A stretch of 64,000 nucleotides of DNA from Rebecca billardiae RCC1528 (taxonomy: Eukaryota; Protista; Haptophyta), in the NCBI GenBank assembly GCA_965240325.2, contig OZ251230.1, positions 2,542,001 through 2,606,000 of the forward strand. The letters are read 5' to 3'. The notes beneath the pieces were generated by a model that saw only the letters and a program-made list of their open reading frames with translations, searched no databases and had not been told where the DNA came from. The translations under genes and the position numbers were made by a program. Of this stretch, positions 21,519 to 32,525 are shown piece by piece; the first letter of the stretch is position 1, and the number at the start of each line of letters is the position of its first letter.

Positions 21519-23042
21519 TCAGCTTTTGGCCCGCGCCTGCAGCCCACACCACTTGCGGTGCGTACGCCAGTCGCGCCGCTGGCACCCCTCACTGCGATGC
21601 ATCCGTAGGAGCGCACGCGACGCGCGCACATCGGACAGGCCGCCGGGGGGCGCATGGGACGTGTGAGCACCAAGTCGAACGTGCACCGGCACAGCGCGCG
21701 TACGGCGCGCGCACACCGTCGCGCCGCACCTGCAGTACACCACCGCCTTGCAACGCCCGCACCGACGGCCGCCACAGCCGCCGCACGCGGCGCACGCGCG
21801 CGTGTCTCGGTGCAGCGGCGCGTGCCCGCGCTCGACAGCGCGCGGCAGCACGTGCTCCACCCACAGCTGCTGCATAGCGCCCGAGTGCACGCCGCCACAC
21901 CGCGCGTCCGCAGCCAGCTCATACCCCAGCGGCAGCAGCTCCACAGCACGAGCGCGCGCGGGCGCTGGGAAGAGGTGGTGGGTCTTGGGGCTCCACGGGC
22001 CGGCCGCCGCGACCACGGCCGCCGCGGCGCCGTGGTGCGGATCGATGGCGAGCATGGCGTGGGCAAGAGCGAGGGGCGACGACTCGCCGCCGGCGCTGAG
22101 GGCGTCGGTGTCGGTGAGCGCGCGCAGCAGCGCCACGGCCTCCGCCTCGCTCAGCAGCTCGACGTGGTGCAGGGCAGTTGGCCAGCGCGACGCGCGCTTG
22201 AGCCAATCAGAGAGCTCGTTACCCTCTCCATCAGTGGCGTCACGCATATCGCCAGCGCGCCCAGCGAGATCGCCCATGCGCATCCCGCGCAGCGCTTGGG
22301 CCTTGCACAGCAGCTGCACCACCTGCAGCCGCTCAGCGGGCGTGTGGTCGGCGCGATGTGGTGGTGGCGCTGACAGAGCGTATGGCAGCAGAGGCACGTA
22401 ATTGCCTGGTTGCTCGTCAAGCACACGGATAATGTCAATGTTGGCACGCGCGCTGAGCAGCAGCTGCACGCATGGCGCGCGCAGCTCCTGCGCCGCCACT
22501 ACGAGCGGCGGCTGCATGTAGCCATCTCCGTCGATGCCGTTGACGTTGGCGCGCGCTGCTATCAGCAGCTGCACGCACTCGGTGCGGCCGGCGGCGCAGG
22601 CGACAGAAATCGCACGCAACCCGTTGAAACCATGCTGATCGACGCTCGCGCCTGCGCCGAGCAGGATGCGCACGCACTCCGCACGGCCCTGACCGGACGC
22701 GACGTGGAGGGCTGTAATCCTGGTGGTGTCGGAGGCATCTGGGTCGGCGTTTGCCTCGAGGAGGAGCTGCGCGCATCCGGCGTGACCCTCGACACATGCC
22801 TTTTGCAACGCATTGCTGCCCATTGTGTCCTTGATGTGAATGTCCGCGCCCGCCTCGAGGAGCAGCCGCACGCACTCGGCCTGCCCGTGCCTGCATGCTT
22901 GCATGAGCGCGGTCTTCCCGTCGGCGCCGGGGCGGTCGAGATCGCCGCCCACCGGCACCAGTGCCAGGAGCGACTTGAGCTGGTGCACATCGCCTCTCGT
23001 GCACGCGTCCGCCATGGCCCGCGTCAGCTCCTCGCGAGTCAT
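21519..23042 (-). CDS. Ankyrin-repeat protein with C-terminal MYND zinc finger (paralog A), 2 exons
   Basis: About 6 ankyrin repeats (GKTALMQACRHGQAECVRLLLEAGAD); CAACGG...RCGRCKAVVYCS/EGCQRRDWRTHRKWC after removing intron 21592-21729. Confidence 0.9.
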   Translation of the reverse strand: MTREELTRAMADACTRGDVHQLKSLLALVPVGGDLDRPGADGKTALMQACRHGQAECVRLLLEAGADIHIKDTMGSNALQKACVEGHAGCAQLLLEANADPDASDTTRITALHVASGQGRAECVRILLGAGASVDQHGFNGLRAISVACAAGRTECVQLLIAARANVNGIDGDGYMQPPLVVAAQELRAPCVQLLLSARANIDIIRVLDEQPGNYVPLLPYALSAPPPHRADHTPAERLQVVQLLCKAQALRGMRMGDLAGRAGDMRDATDGEGNELSDWLKRASRWPTALHHVELLSEAEAVALLRALTDTDALSAGGESSPLALAHAMLAIDPHHGAAAAVVAAAGPWSPKTHHLFPAPARARAVELLPLGYELAADARCGGVHSGAMQQLWVEHVLPRAVERGHAPLHRDTRACAACGGCGGRRCGRCKAVVYCRCGATVCARRTRAVPVHVRLGAHTSHAPPGGLSDVRASRALLRMHRSEGCQRRDWRTHRKWCGLQARAKS

Positions 23043-23275
23043 CGCCTCGGCGGGCAGAGCCGCCGCTGCACGGCGCGCGTCGCGGGGTCGCGGCGCCACG
23101 CTTTTTGGCGCGAGTCCGCGGGCGTGAGTGCTTTCCTGGCCCCGCGCGCGCGCACGAAGGGGTTTAGCCCCGCCCGGGCCGGGCGGCCCGGCGCTCGTGA
23201 GCACCCGCTCCGGAAGCACCCTGCCCAGTGAAAGGCCGGACTGGCGGACGGCGCGCGCACCACCGCACCGCCTCT

Positions 23276-24210
23276 GGCCGCGCGCGCGGCGCGAGGGGCT
23301 GCGGCCGTCGAGTTGCCGTGCGAAGGCGGCACGTTGCTTGCGTGGCATTGGAGCGCTGTCGTGCTCGTCCACTCTGCGCCCCGCAGCTTGCTCCTCGTCG
23401 ACTTTGCCGCGCCTACGAGCAGCGCGCATGCGAGCGTCGTGTCAGAACGTGGAGCCGAGTCCGCGCCGGCCTCAGCTGTGAGCGCCCGCCTGGCGCGATG
23501 TGCGACCAATTCGTGGCACATGCTGCGGCTGAGCAAGGAAGCCTGTATCTGCGCGCGAGTCGCGCCGCTTTGAGCCATCGATCGTGAGCATGCCATATAC
23601 CTCGCACGCGACTTTTCTTCTTGCCCGCTTGCAAATGTCCTTAGCCGCCTTGACCGGACTACTCGTCAGAGCAAGTACTCAGGCTTGGCATGACGACAGC
23701 CACGTGCGCAGGCGTTGCGTACACATGTGCAGAGGTTGTTGCGCTCAAGCACAACTCGAAGACTCCGATTCATCGCTTCAGGGCGCTCACGGGTGGTTGC
23801 TTCATCTCCGCTGCATGCATGCATGCATGGGCTCGTGCGGGCTGATCCGCACTCGTCAACAGCCGTCTGAAGCTGCATCAAAACGCACGATCAGTGGCTC
23901 AAGGCGACGTGGCTTGCGCGCAGGTACATGCTTTCTCGTTCGGCCCCAGCTCGTGCCTCGCGTTGATCGCATCGCGCGCCAGGCGGGCGCTCACTACTGA
24001 GGCCGGCGCAGCTGCTCATCATTCTGAGTGAGGCGACGCTCGTATGCGGCCATGCGCCGATGCGCGCTGCTCGTTGGCGCGGCAAAGTCGACAAGGAGCT
24101 AGCTGTGGTGCGCAGAGCGGAGCATGGTAGCGCTCCAATGCCACGCAAGCAACGCGCCGCCTGCGCACGGCAACACGACGGCCGCAGCGCCTCGCGCCGC
24201 GCGCGCGCCA
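23276..24210. repeat. Diverged long inverted repeat (~310-bp arms, ~300-bp spacer)
   Basis: 23276-23586 aligns with the reverse complement of 23886-24210 (e.g. cgttgcttgcgtggcattggagcgct; gagcca..gatcgtg). Confidence 0.85.
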
Positions 24211-25140
24211 AGCACGCATCGAGGCATCACATTCGCGCCATCGGCCCATCGCATTATCGCAATTTCATTCCCGAGCCATTTTTCGAGTGTAGTGACTTTT
24301 TATTGGAAGCTTGTGACCAGCGCGGGTACCGAATGCCCCTTGAGGGCGCGCAGCCACTGGCGGAGGCTTTAATACTCTCCATGATGTATACAGCCGCATC
24401 GTCAGTGATGATGATTAAGTGTCGAGTCGTATCACGCAGGCAGGCCAAGGCAGGATGCAGGTGCCGTCCGCCCGCGAGGCGCGCCGGCCCGGTGGCTGGT
24501 CATAGCAGTGTTGGGTGATACGGAATTAGAGTGATGTGATGATTAGTAGTGTCACAGCCGGTGGGGTGACCGAACTGTACTCCCATGGCGGTGGCCTATT
24601 TTTTGCTGCCGCCGTCCGCCGCGATGTGCTGACTATGTCGTCTATATTATATCTGAAATGGCATCATATGCCGATGTCGCGATGTCACTACTCGACGAAT
24701 AATGACTATGCGCGTGCCAGCGCCTCCTCCCGTTATTGTCATATCATCGTCAGACTATCATCGTCGGGCAGAATGATATCGTCAGTATTCGTCGTCATCA
24801 CTCTCCGCCTCGTCGTCGGTACTTGCCGGCACGCCCACGGCCACGGCTGAGTTCGCAGTGCGCCGTCTAAACTGATCGGCTATGAGCTTACGAGTCGTCT
24901 ACGGCTCGATATGATTATAATGAGGATAATGACGTCCATCATCCGCTCTAATCACGTCATCCGATCATATATATATAATAAATAAATACCTAAATAAATA
25001 AAAATATAAATATAATCCAATGCGTGCGCGTCCTGCGCGTGGTCAGTAGCTATCATCATCAGCACCTCATATACCATCATCGTCGTCATACGCACGCCCA
25101 CATGCTGCTGCTTATGATCTACGACTAGTCACTTATATCG

Positions 25141-26699
25141 TCAGCTTTTGGCCCGCGCCTGCAGCCCACACCACTTGCGGTGCGTACGCCAGTCGCGCCG
25201 CTGGCATTCCTCACTGCGATGAATCCGTGGAGCGCACGCGACGCGCGCACATCGGACGGGCAGGGGCGCGCAGGGGACGTGTCAGCACCGAGGCCGTACA
25301 TCGGCACAGCACGCGCACGGCGCTCGCACACCGTCGCGCCGCACCTGCAGTACACCACCGCCTTGCAACGCCCGCACCGAAGGCCGCCACAGCCGCCGCA
25401 CGCGGCGCACGCGCGCGTGTCTCGGTGCAGCGGCGCGTGCCCGCGCTCGACAGCGCGCGGCAGCACGTGCTCCACCCACAGCTGCTGCATCGCGCCCGAG
25501 TGCACGCCGCCAAACCGCGAGTCCGCGGCCAGCTCATACCCCAGCGGCAGCAGCTCCACAGCGCGAGCGCGCGCGGGCGCTGGGAAGAGGTGGTGGGTCT
25601 TGGGGCTCCACGGGCCGGCCGCCGCGACCACGGCCGCCGCTGCGCCGTGGTGCGGATCGATGGCGAGCATGGTGCGGGCCAGAGCGAGGGCCGACGAGTT
25701 GCTGTCGGCGCTGAGGGCGTCGGCGTCGGTGATCGCGCGCAGCAGCGCCACCGCCTCCGCCTCGCTCAGCAGCTCGACGTGGTGCAGGGCAGTGGGCCAG
25801 CGCGACGCGCGCTTGAGCCAGGCAGAGAGCTCGTCAAACTCGGCAGGCAACACCCAAGCAGCCATCCGAACTCTGTCACTCATTCGACGTCGCTCACGCA
25901 GATCGGACTCGCGCACCCCGCGCAGCGCCTGCTCCTTGCACAGCAGCTGCGCAACCTGCAGCCGATCAGCGGGCGTGGCTTCATACGGAGCGCGTTCCAT
26001 GGGTGGCAATGACAGAGCGTATGACAGCAGAGGCACGGGGCGCATGCTTGGGAACTCGGCAAGGTTCAGGTCCAGGAGGAGATCAACGTTTGCACGCGCG
26101 CTGAGCAGCAGCTGCACGCAAGGCGCGTGCAGCTCACGCGCCGCCACTGCGAGCGGCGGAGGCCCGTCGATGCCGTTGACGTTGGCGCGCCCGTCGATGC
26201 CGTTGACGTTGGCGCGCGCTGCTATCAGCAGCTGCACGCACTCGGTGCTGCCGGCGGCGCAGGCGGCAGAAAGTGCACGGATCTCCTTGATACCGGGCTG
26301 ATCGACGCTCGCGCCTGCGTCGAGCAGGACGCGCACGCACTCCGTATGGCCATGAACGGACGCGGCGTGGAGGGCTGTCGTCCTGCAGTTGAGAGTCGCA
26401 TCCGGGTCGGCGTTCGTCTTGAGGAGGAGCTGCGCACATCCGGCGTGGCCAGCTTTACATGCATAATGCAATGCATTGCGGAGCGTATCCGTTTCCTTGG
26501 CGTGAATGTCAGCGCCCGCCTCGAGGAGCAGCCGCGCGCACTCGGCCTGTCCGTAGGCGCATGCTCGCATGAGCGCCGAAAAGCCGTTTACGTCGTGGCG
26601 GTCAGGATCGACGCCCAGTGCCAGTAGCTTCGCGAGCCTGAGCACATCGCCACTCTCGCACGTGTCCGCCATGAGCTCCGCCAGCTCGTCGCCAGTCAT
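25141..26699 (-). CDS. Ankyrin-repeat protein with C-terminal MYND zinc finger (paralog B), 2 exons
   Basis: Close paralog of 21519-23042 with the same intron position (25214-25344); internal 27-bp duplication ANVNGIDG x2. Confidence 0.9.
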
Positions 26700-26996
26700 A
26701 CCTAGGAGCAGAGCCGCCGCTGCACGGCGTGCGTCGCGGGGTCGAGTCGCCACGCTTTTTGGCGCGAGCCCGCGCCGGCCCGGGCGGGCGTGAGTGCTTT
26801 CCTGGCGCGCGCGCGCACACGCTGGCTCCGAAGGGGTTTAGCCCCGCCCTCGGCCTGGGACAGGTCAACAGGCTCGGCCTTGGCGGCCGGAGGAGGCCAG
26901 GAGTCCGGGAGCCAAGGCGGCTGGGTGCATAGCCCGTGCCGCAGCGGGCCGGGGCTCGTTCGTCACCGACTCACCGTTGGCGACTTGGCTCTCCCG

Positions 26997-28118
26997 GACC
27001 AAGGGGAGTCAGGGTACAGCACGTCCAGTTGGGCTGCAGCTGGAGCTTGGGTACAAAAGCTTCCCGCGGCGCAGCGGCACTCGCCGCCGCCGCCGCCGTC
27101 GAGGGGCGGTTGTGGCGCGCACGGCGTGAGCCGCTGCGGGCGCTGAGGTGCGCGCGACGGCGGCGCGCCCGGCGGCGCTGCTGTAGGAGGCCACTGCCCT
27201 CCTCTCTGCCCCGCGCGCTTCGCTCGTCGTCGCCGTCTCCGCGCCTGCGACTCAGCGCGCACGCGAGCGCCGCACCGCCCGGCAGCCGGGGCAATCTCAG
27301 CCGTGACTGCGCATGTGCGTCGCGACCTGGTCGGCCCAGCGCGCGAGGCGCGTGCGGGCGAGGTAGGGCCAGTATGGGCGCGCGCCATGCCGCCTCAAGT
27401 AAGCCCATCAGAGCGTACAACAGGGAACTGAGCACGTGTGTCTGGTTGGCCGCTTGGACTGTGTTCAAGCAATGCACGGGCCATCGTCGAGGCGATCTCG
27501 AGGCACTCAGTCAAAACGTCAGTTCAGCGCGCAGACGACCTGGGCGAGAGTCGTTGACAATGTATGACTCGCATGATCACAAAAGGCTCTGCAACTATCG
27601 CGTCTGTACGCCTACTGCCTCGATCGTGCACACTGACGTCTGCGCTTGGGTGCCGCATTGTTTGTCAACGTCGTCGACAGAGGTGCAAGGCCCGCGACAT
27701 GCCCACCGGCGCAAGGTCGAGGCGGCATGGCGCGCGCCCATACTGGCCCTACCTCGCCCGCACGCGCCTCGCGCGCTGGGCCGACCAGGTCGCGACGCAC
27801 ATGCGCAGTCACGGCTGAGATTGCCCCGGCTGCCGGGCGGTGCGGCGCTCGCGTGCGCGCTGAGTCGCAGGCGCGGAGACGGCGACGACGAGCGAAGCGC
27901 GCGGGGCAGAGAGGAGGGCAGTGGCCTCCTACAGCAGCGCCGCCGGGCGCGCCGCCGTCGCGCGCACCTCAGCGCCCGCAGCGGCTCACGCCGTGCGCGC
28001 CACAACCGCCCCTCGACGGCGGCGGCGGCGGCGAGTGCCGCTGCGCCGCGGGAAGCTTTTGTACCCAAGCTCCAGCTGCAGCCCAACTGGACGTGCTGTA
28101 CCCTGACTCCCCTTGGTC
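26997..28118. repeat. Apparently perfect 400-bp inverted repeat with 322-bp spacer
   Basis: 26997-27396 is the reverse complement of 27719-28118; identical peptides appear on opposite strands in the ORF track. Confidence 0.95.
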
Positions 28119-28212
28119 GTAGTGATATTTCGCGCGGGCCGCGGCGGGTTACTGGTCATCCATCAAGCCGCAAGGCGATCGACAAGTCGCGGCGCGCGCC
28201 GCGCGCGGACAC

Positions 28213-28952
28213 ATGGCGAGCCGAAAGGCCGCGCCGTTCGGCGCGCGAGGCCTGCAGCTGGTGACGGACATCCACCCGACCGACGAGCTCGTCGCCAAGC
28301 TCGACGCCGAGGTCGAGGCCTATGCTGTCACGCTCGACACCGAGTCGCGGCTCGCGAGCGCCAACCAGGCCAAGGCGGCCGCCGAGCGAGCCGAGTTTGA
28401 CGTGCTGCAGGGCAAGGAGCGGAAGGTGCTCGCGCGCACGCAGCTGCTGCTCGGCGGCGCGCGTGACACGTGCAGCGCCCTCCTCGGCGCGACCGACGCG
28501 GCAATCGCGGCCGCGCGCGAGCTGCACGACGCGTCGGACGAGAGCAAGCACGCGCGCGCGCGCGACGAGTTCACGGCGAGCTGGACGCGCGAGGACGAGC
28601 AGCGGTCGGAGGAGGCGTGCGAGCTCGCAGCGAAGAAGCAGCACCGCATGCGCAAGAAGCACCTCGCCGAGCTGGTGCGCCCCAAGGGCCCCGCGTGTGC
28701 GGCAGAGCTCGGCGGCGCGGAGGCGCATGCAAAGGAGGCGGCCGCAGCGCTCGGCGCCGCAGAGGCGCGGCAGGCGGACGCGGCGCGGCAGTGGGAGGCG
28801 GCGCAGGCGGGCGACGTGGCGGCGCTCGCGGGCTGCCTCGAGCGCGTGCGCGCCGCCGCCGAGCACGAGGCCGCGCGCAGGCGCCGCGAGCTTCCGAGCC
28901 TGGAGGCCGCGGCCGAGGCGGCGGCGACCGAGGCGGCGGCTGCGGCGCGCGA

Positions 28953-28999
<47 letters not shown>

Positions 29000-31900
29000 G
29001 CGCGCGGCGCGATGGCGACGGCGCCGAGGCCGAGGGCACGAGCGTCGCCGCGCGCGACCGCGCCGCCGCCGCCGAGCGCCAGCGCGCCGACGAGGAGCAA
29101 GCGGCCGCGCTCGCGGACGCCAAGGCTACCGTCCTTGCTGGGGGCGTGGACGACGCGTTCGTGGACGTGGACGCGCGCGCGCGCGAGCTCCTCGCCGCGC
29201 GCAAGAAGCAGGCCAAGGACGCCGCTGCCGCGGATCATCGCGCGCGCGCCAGCGCGGCCGCCGACGCGCAGCGCGCGGCGAGCGCCGCGCGCGACGCGTG
29301 CGACGCGGCGCGCGCCGCCGCGTCGAGCTCGCGCGCGGAGGCGAGGCGGTGCGCTGCGCTGCTCGCGCGCGTGCGCGGGCTGGAGCAAGACGAGACGCCG
29401 CCCAAGCCGTGGCCCGCGCAGCTGCGCGCCGACGAGGTGCACGCCATCCGCGCTCTCCGCGAGGGCGAAGGCCTGCTGCTGAAGATGGCGGCGGGCGAGG
29501 CGCGTGGCGCGCTCGGCACGGCGCGCGCGGACGTGCGCAAGCGCAAGGAGGAGTTGCAGACGCGCGAGGCGACGGTGCGCAGGGCGGCGCGGCAGGCGGC
29601 CGAGGCGACGTCGGCGCTGCGCGCCGCACGTGCCAGGCGCGCCGAGGCCGCGGCCACCCGCGCCGCTCGCGCGGCCACCGCGACGCGCCTATGGGGTCAG
29701 CGCGCGCTCACGGCGCGCGCCGCGCTTCACCAGTCCGCACTCCGCGCGGAGCGGCGGGTGCTGGACGCGTCCAACGCGCTGAACGCGAGCCTCGCCGAGC
29801 TCGCGCGGCTGGTGTACCGCGCGCCGCCGCCGGTGCAGCGCCACTCCATCGTCGAGTGCGCGCCCGACCTCGAGCCGCTCCGGGCGAAAGTCCGGGAGGA
29901 CTGCGAGAAAGTCCGGGCGTTCCTGGACGACGTGGCGCCCAAGGTTCTGCCCGCCGAGAGCCGCGGGGTGCGCCGCGCGACGGTGGAGGCGGAGAAGGCG
30001 CTGCGCGAGCACAAGGGCGCGACGGACGCGCTGGCGAGCGCGGCCGAGGCGTGCCGCGCCGCGCTCGCCTCGCACGGACGCCGCCAGACCGCCAAGCTCC
30101 ACCCGGACCGAGCGGGCGACGACGCGGACGCCGCGGCCGCGTTTGCCGCGCTGCGGCGCGCGCTGCGTGTGCTTGCGGAAGCCACTGAGACGCGGCAGGG
30201 GCTGTGGAAGGCGCTGTGCGAGGCGAGGCGCGCGAGCCCGCCGGTGGAGCTGCGCAGGGCCGAGGCGGCGTACACCGCGACCGTGCTGCGCCGCGCCGAC
30301 GCCGACGCGCTCGCGCACGCGGCGGCGCCGCGCGCGCGCGCGCACGGCCGCACGCCCGCGGGCGCCGAAGGCCCGGCGGCGCTCACCGACCGCGGGTGCC
30401 GCACGCCGGCCAAGCCGCTCACGTTCAGCGGGCTGTGCCACGCCGGGCTGCGCGTCCCCGCCGAGCTGCGCACCTTCCTGCCCTCCCAGTATCTCGACGG
30501 CTCCGCCTCGCTCGAGATCGAGATTCAAATCTCGTACGCGGACGGCGCGGAGGAGTGGGTCGTGAGGGCGCACGCGACAGACGACCGCGCGGCCGCGCGC
30601 GAGGAGACGGCGCGCGTGGTGCTCGAGTTCCCGAGGCCGGGCGACGCGCTCGTCAGCTGGTGCGCGCGCGCACGCGCGCGAGGCGGCCAGCGCTGCGCCC
30701 GAGGCGCGTCGCCGACCGAGCGCGCGCGCCGCGCATCGCCGCTCACTCGGCCGCCGCCGCGCCCGCCGCGCGCGCGCCGCCGCGCGCGCGCGCGCCGCTC
30801 CAAGGCGCCTCACGTACATCTCCGCCGAGTCGTTCGGCCGCGAGGCGACGTACTGGTCCCGGCCCGAGTACGTGAGCCTCGAGGGCTCGCGCACGCAGTA
30901 CGCCGAGGCGTACCCGCCGCCGGACGCGCTGCGCGAGGCGGTGGGCGAGGCGCGCGCCGAGCGCGAGCGCGTCGTGAGCTCGCAGGTGCGCGCGGAGGTG
31001 GCGGACGCGTCGGCACAGCTGGAGGTCGCGCTGCGCAAGCTGGCGCAGGCGGCGGAGAAGACGGCGGCGGAGATCGACACGTCGAGCGTCGACGCGGCCG
31101 GCGATGCCGTCCGCGCGCACGGCCTGGCGCCCGACCTGCCGCGCGCTCGCGACGACTGCCGGAGGATGGCGGCTGCGCTCTCAGGCGTCGAGCGCAGCCT
31201 CGCGCGGCTGCGGCGGCAGCGCGCGCGCGGCGCTGAGCTGGGCGCGCAGGAGGAGGTGCTGGAGGCGAGCGCGGTCTTCCAGCTCGACGCGGGCCGGCGG
31301 CAGCTCGGCGAGCTCACGCGCTTCGTGCAGGCGGCGCAGCGCGCGCAGCGCGGCGCGGACGACCCCGAGCGGCGCCTGGCCGACGCGGCGTCGGCGGCTG
31401 CGGCTGAGCAGGAGCGCTCGCGCGCCGCGTCCGCGCGTCTCGCGGAGGCGGAGCGCGCGCGCGAGGCGCGCGAGCACGCGCGCCGCGCGGAGCAGGCGGC
31501 CTTGGACGAGGAGCGCCGCGCGCTGCGCGCGAGGATCGAGGCGGCGCTGGCGCCGTGGGGCTCGGCGGACGGCCAGCTGCTGTGGCAGGGCCGCTTCGAG
31601 ATCGGCGGCGGCGGCGAGGAGGCGGAGGAGGCGGAGGAGGCGGAGGCGGGGCCGCACGTGCTGCCATGCTCATTCCTGCCGCCGTCGCGCGCGCTGCGCG
31701 TGCTCGGCGCCGGCCTCGACAGTCTCGACGGGCTGAGCTCGCTCGCCGACGCGCTGGAGCGCGCGGCCGCCGAGCGCGAGCGCGCGCTCGCGGCGCTGGA
31801 CGAGGCCGCGTGCGCCGTGATGGGCCGACCGTACCGGCCCGATCGGCCGGCGGGCGCGCCGCCGGCCGAGCGCAAGTCGCGCGCCGCGCTGCGCGCAGAC

Positions 31901-32493
31901 GCGCGCGCGCGCGAGGAGGAGGAGGACCGGCGCGTGTCGGAGGAGCGCGCGCGCGCGTTCGCGGCGGCGAGCGCGCAGAGCGAGGCGCGGCGGCGGGCGG
32001 CGCGCGAGGCGGAGGCGTCCGCGCGCGCGGCGGCCGCTGCCAAGGCCAAGGTTCACGCGGAGGCGGCGGCGAGCGCGAGGGTGCGTGCGGAGGCGGAGGC
32101 AAAGGCGCGCGCGCAGGCGGAGGCGAGCGCGCGCGCCGAGGCCGCGGGCAGGGCGAAGGCGGAGGCGGAGGCCGCCGCGGCCGCGGCCGAGCGCGAGCGC
32201 GCCGAGCGCGCCGAGGCGCAGCACGCGCGCGAGCGCGCCGCCAAGCAGGAGCGCCGCGCGCGCGCGCGCGCGGAGGAGGAGGCGGCGCGCACGCGCGCGG
32301 AGGTCGAGGCCTGTCGGCGCGCGCAGGCGGCGGCGGCGGGCCGCGCGGCGCACGGCGCGCCGGCCGCGCACGCGGACGGGGCGGCGCACGCGCCGCGGCA
32401 GCAGCAGCAGCGGGCAGCGGCGGCCGCGGCTGCGAGCGCCGAGGCGGCCGCGGTGCGCGCGCGCCACGAGCATGCCGCAGCGGTGGCAAAGGC

Positions 32494-32525
<32 letters not shown>

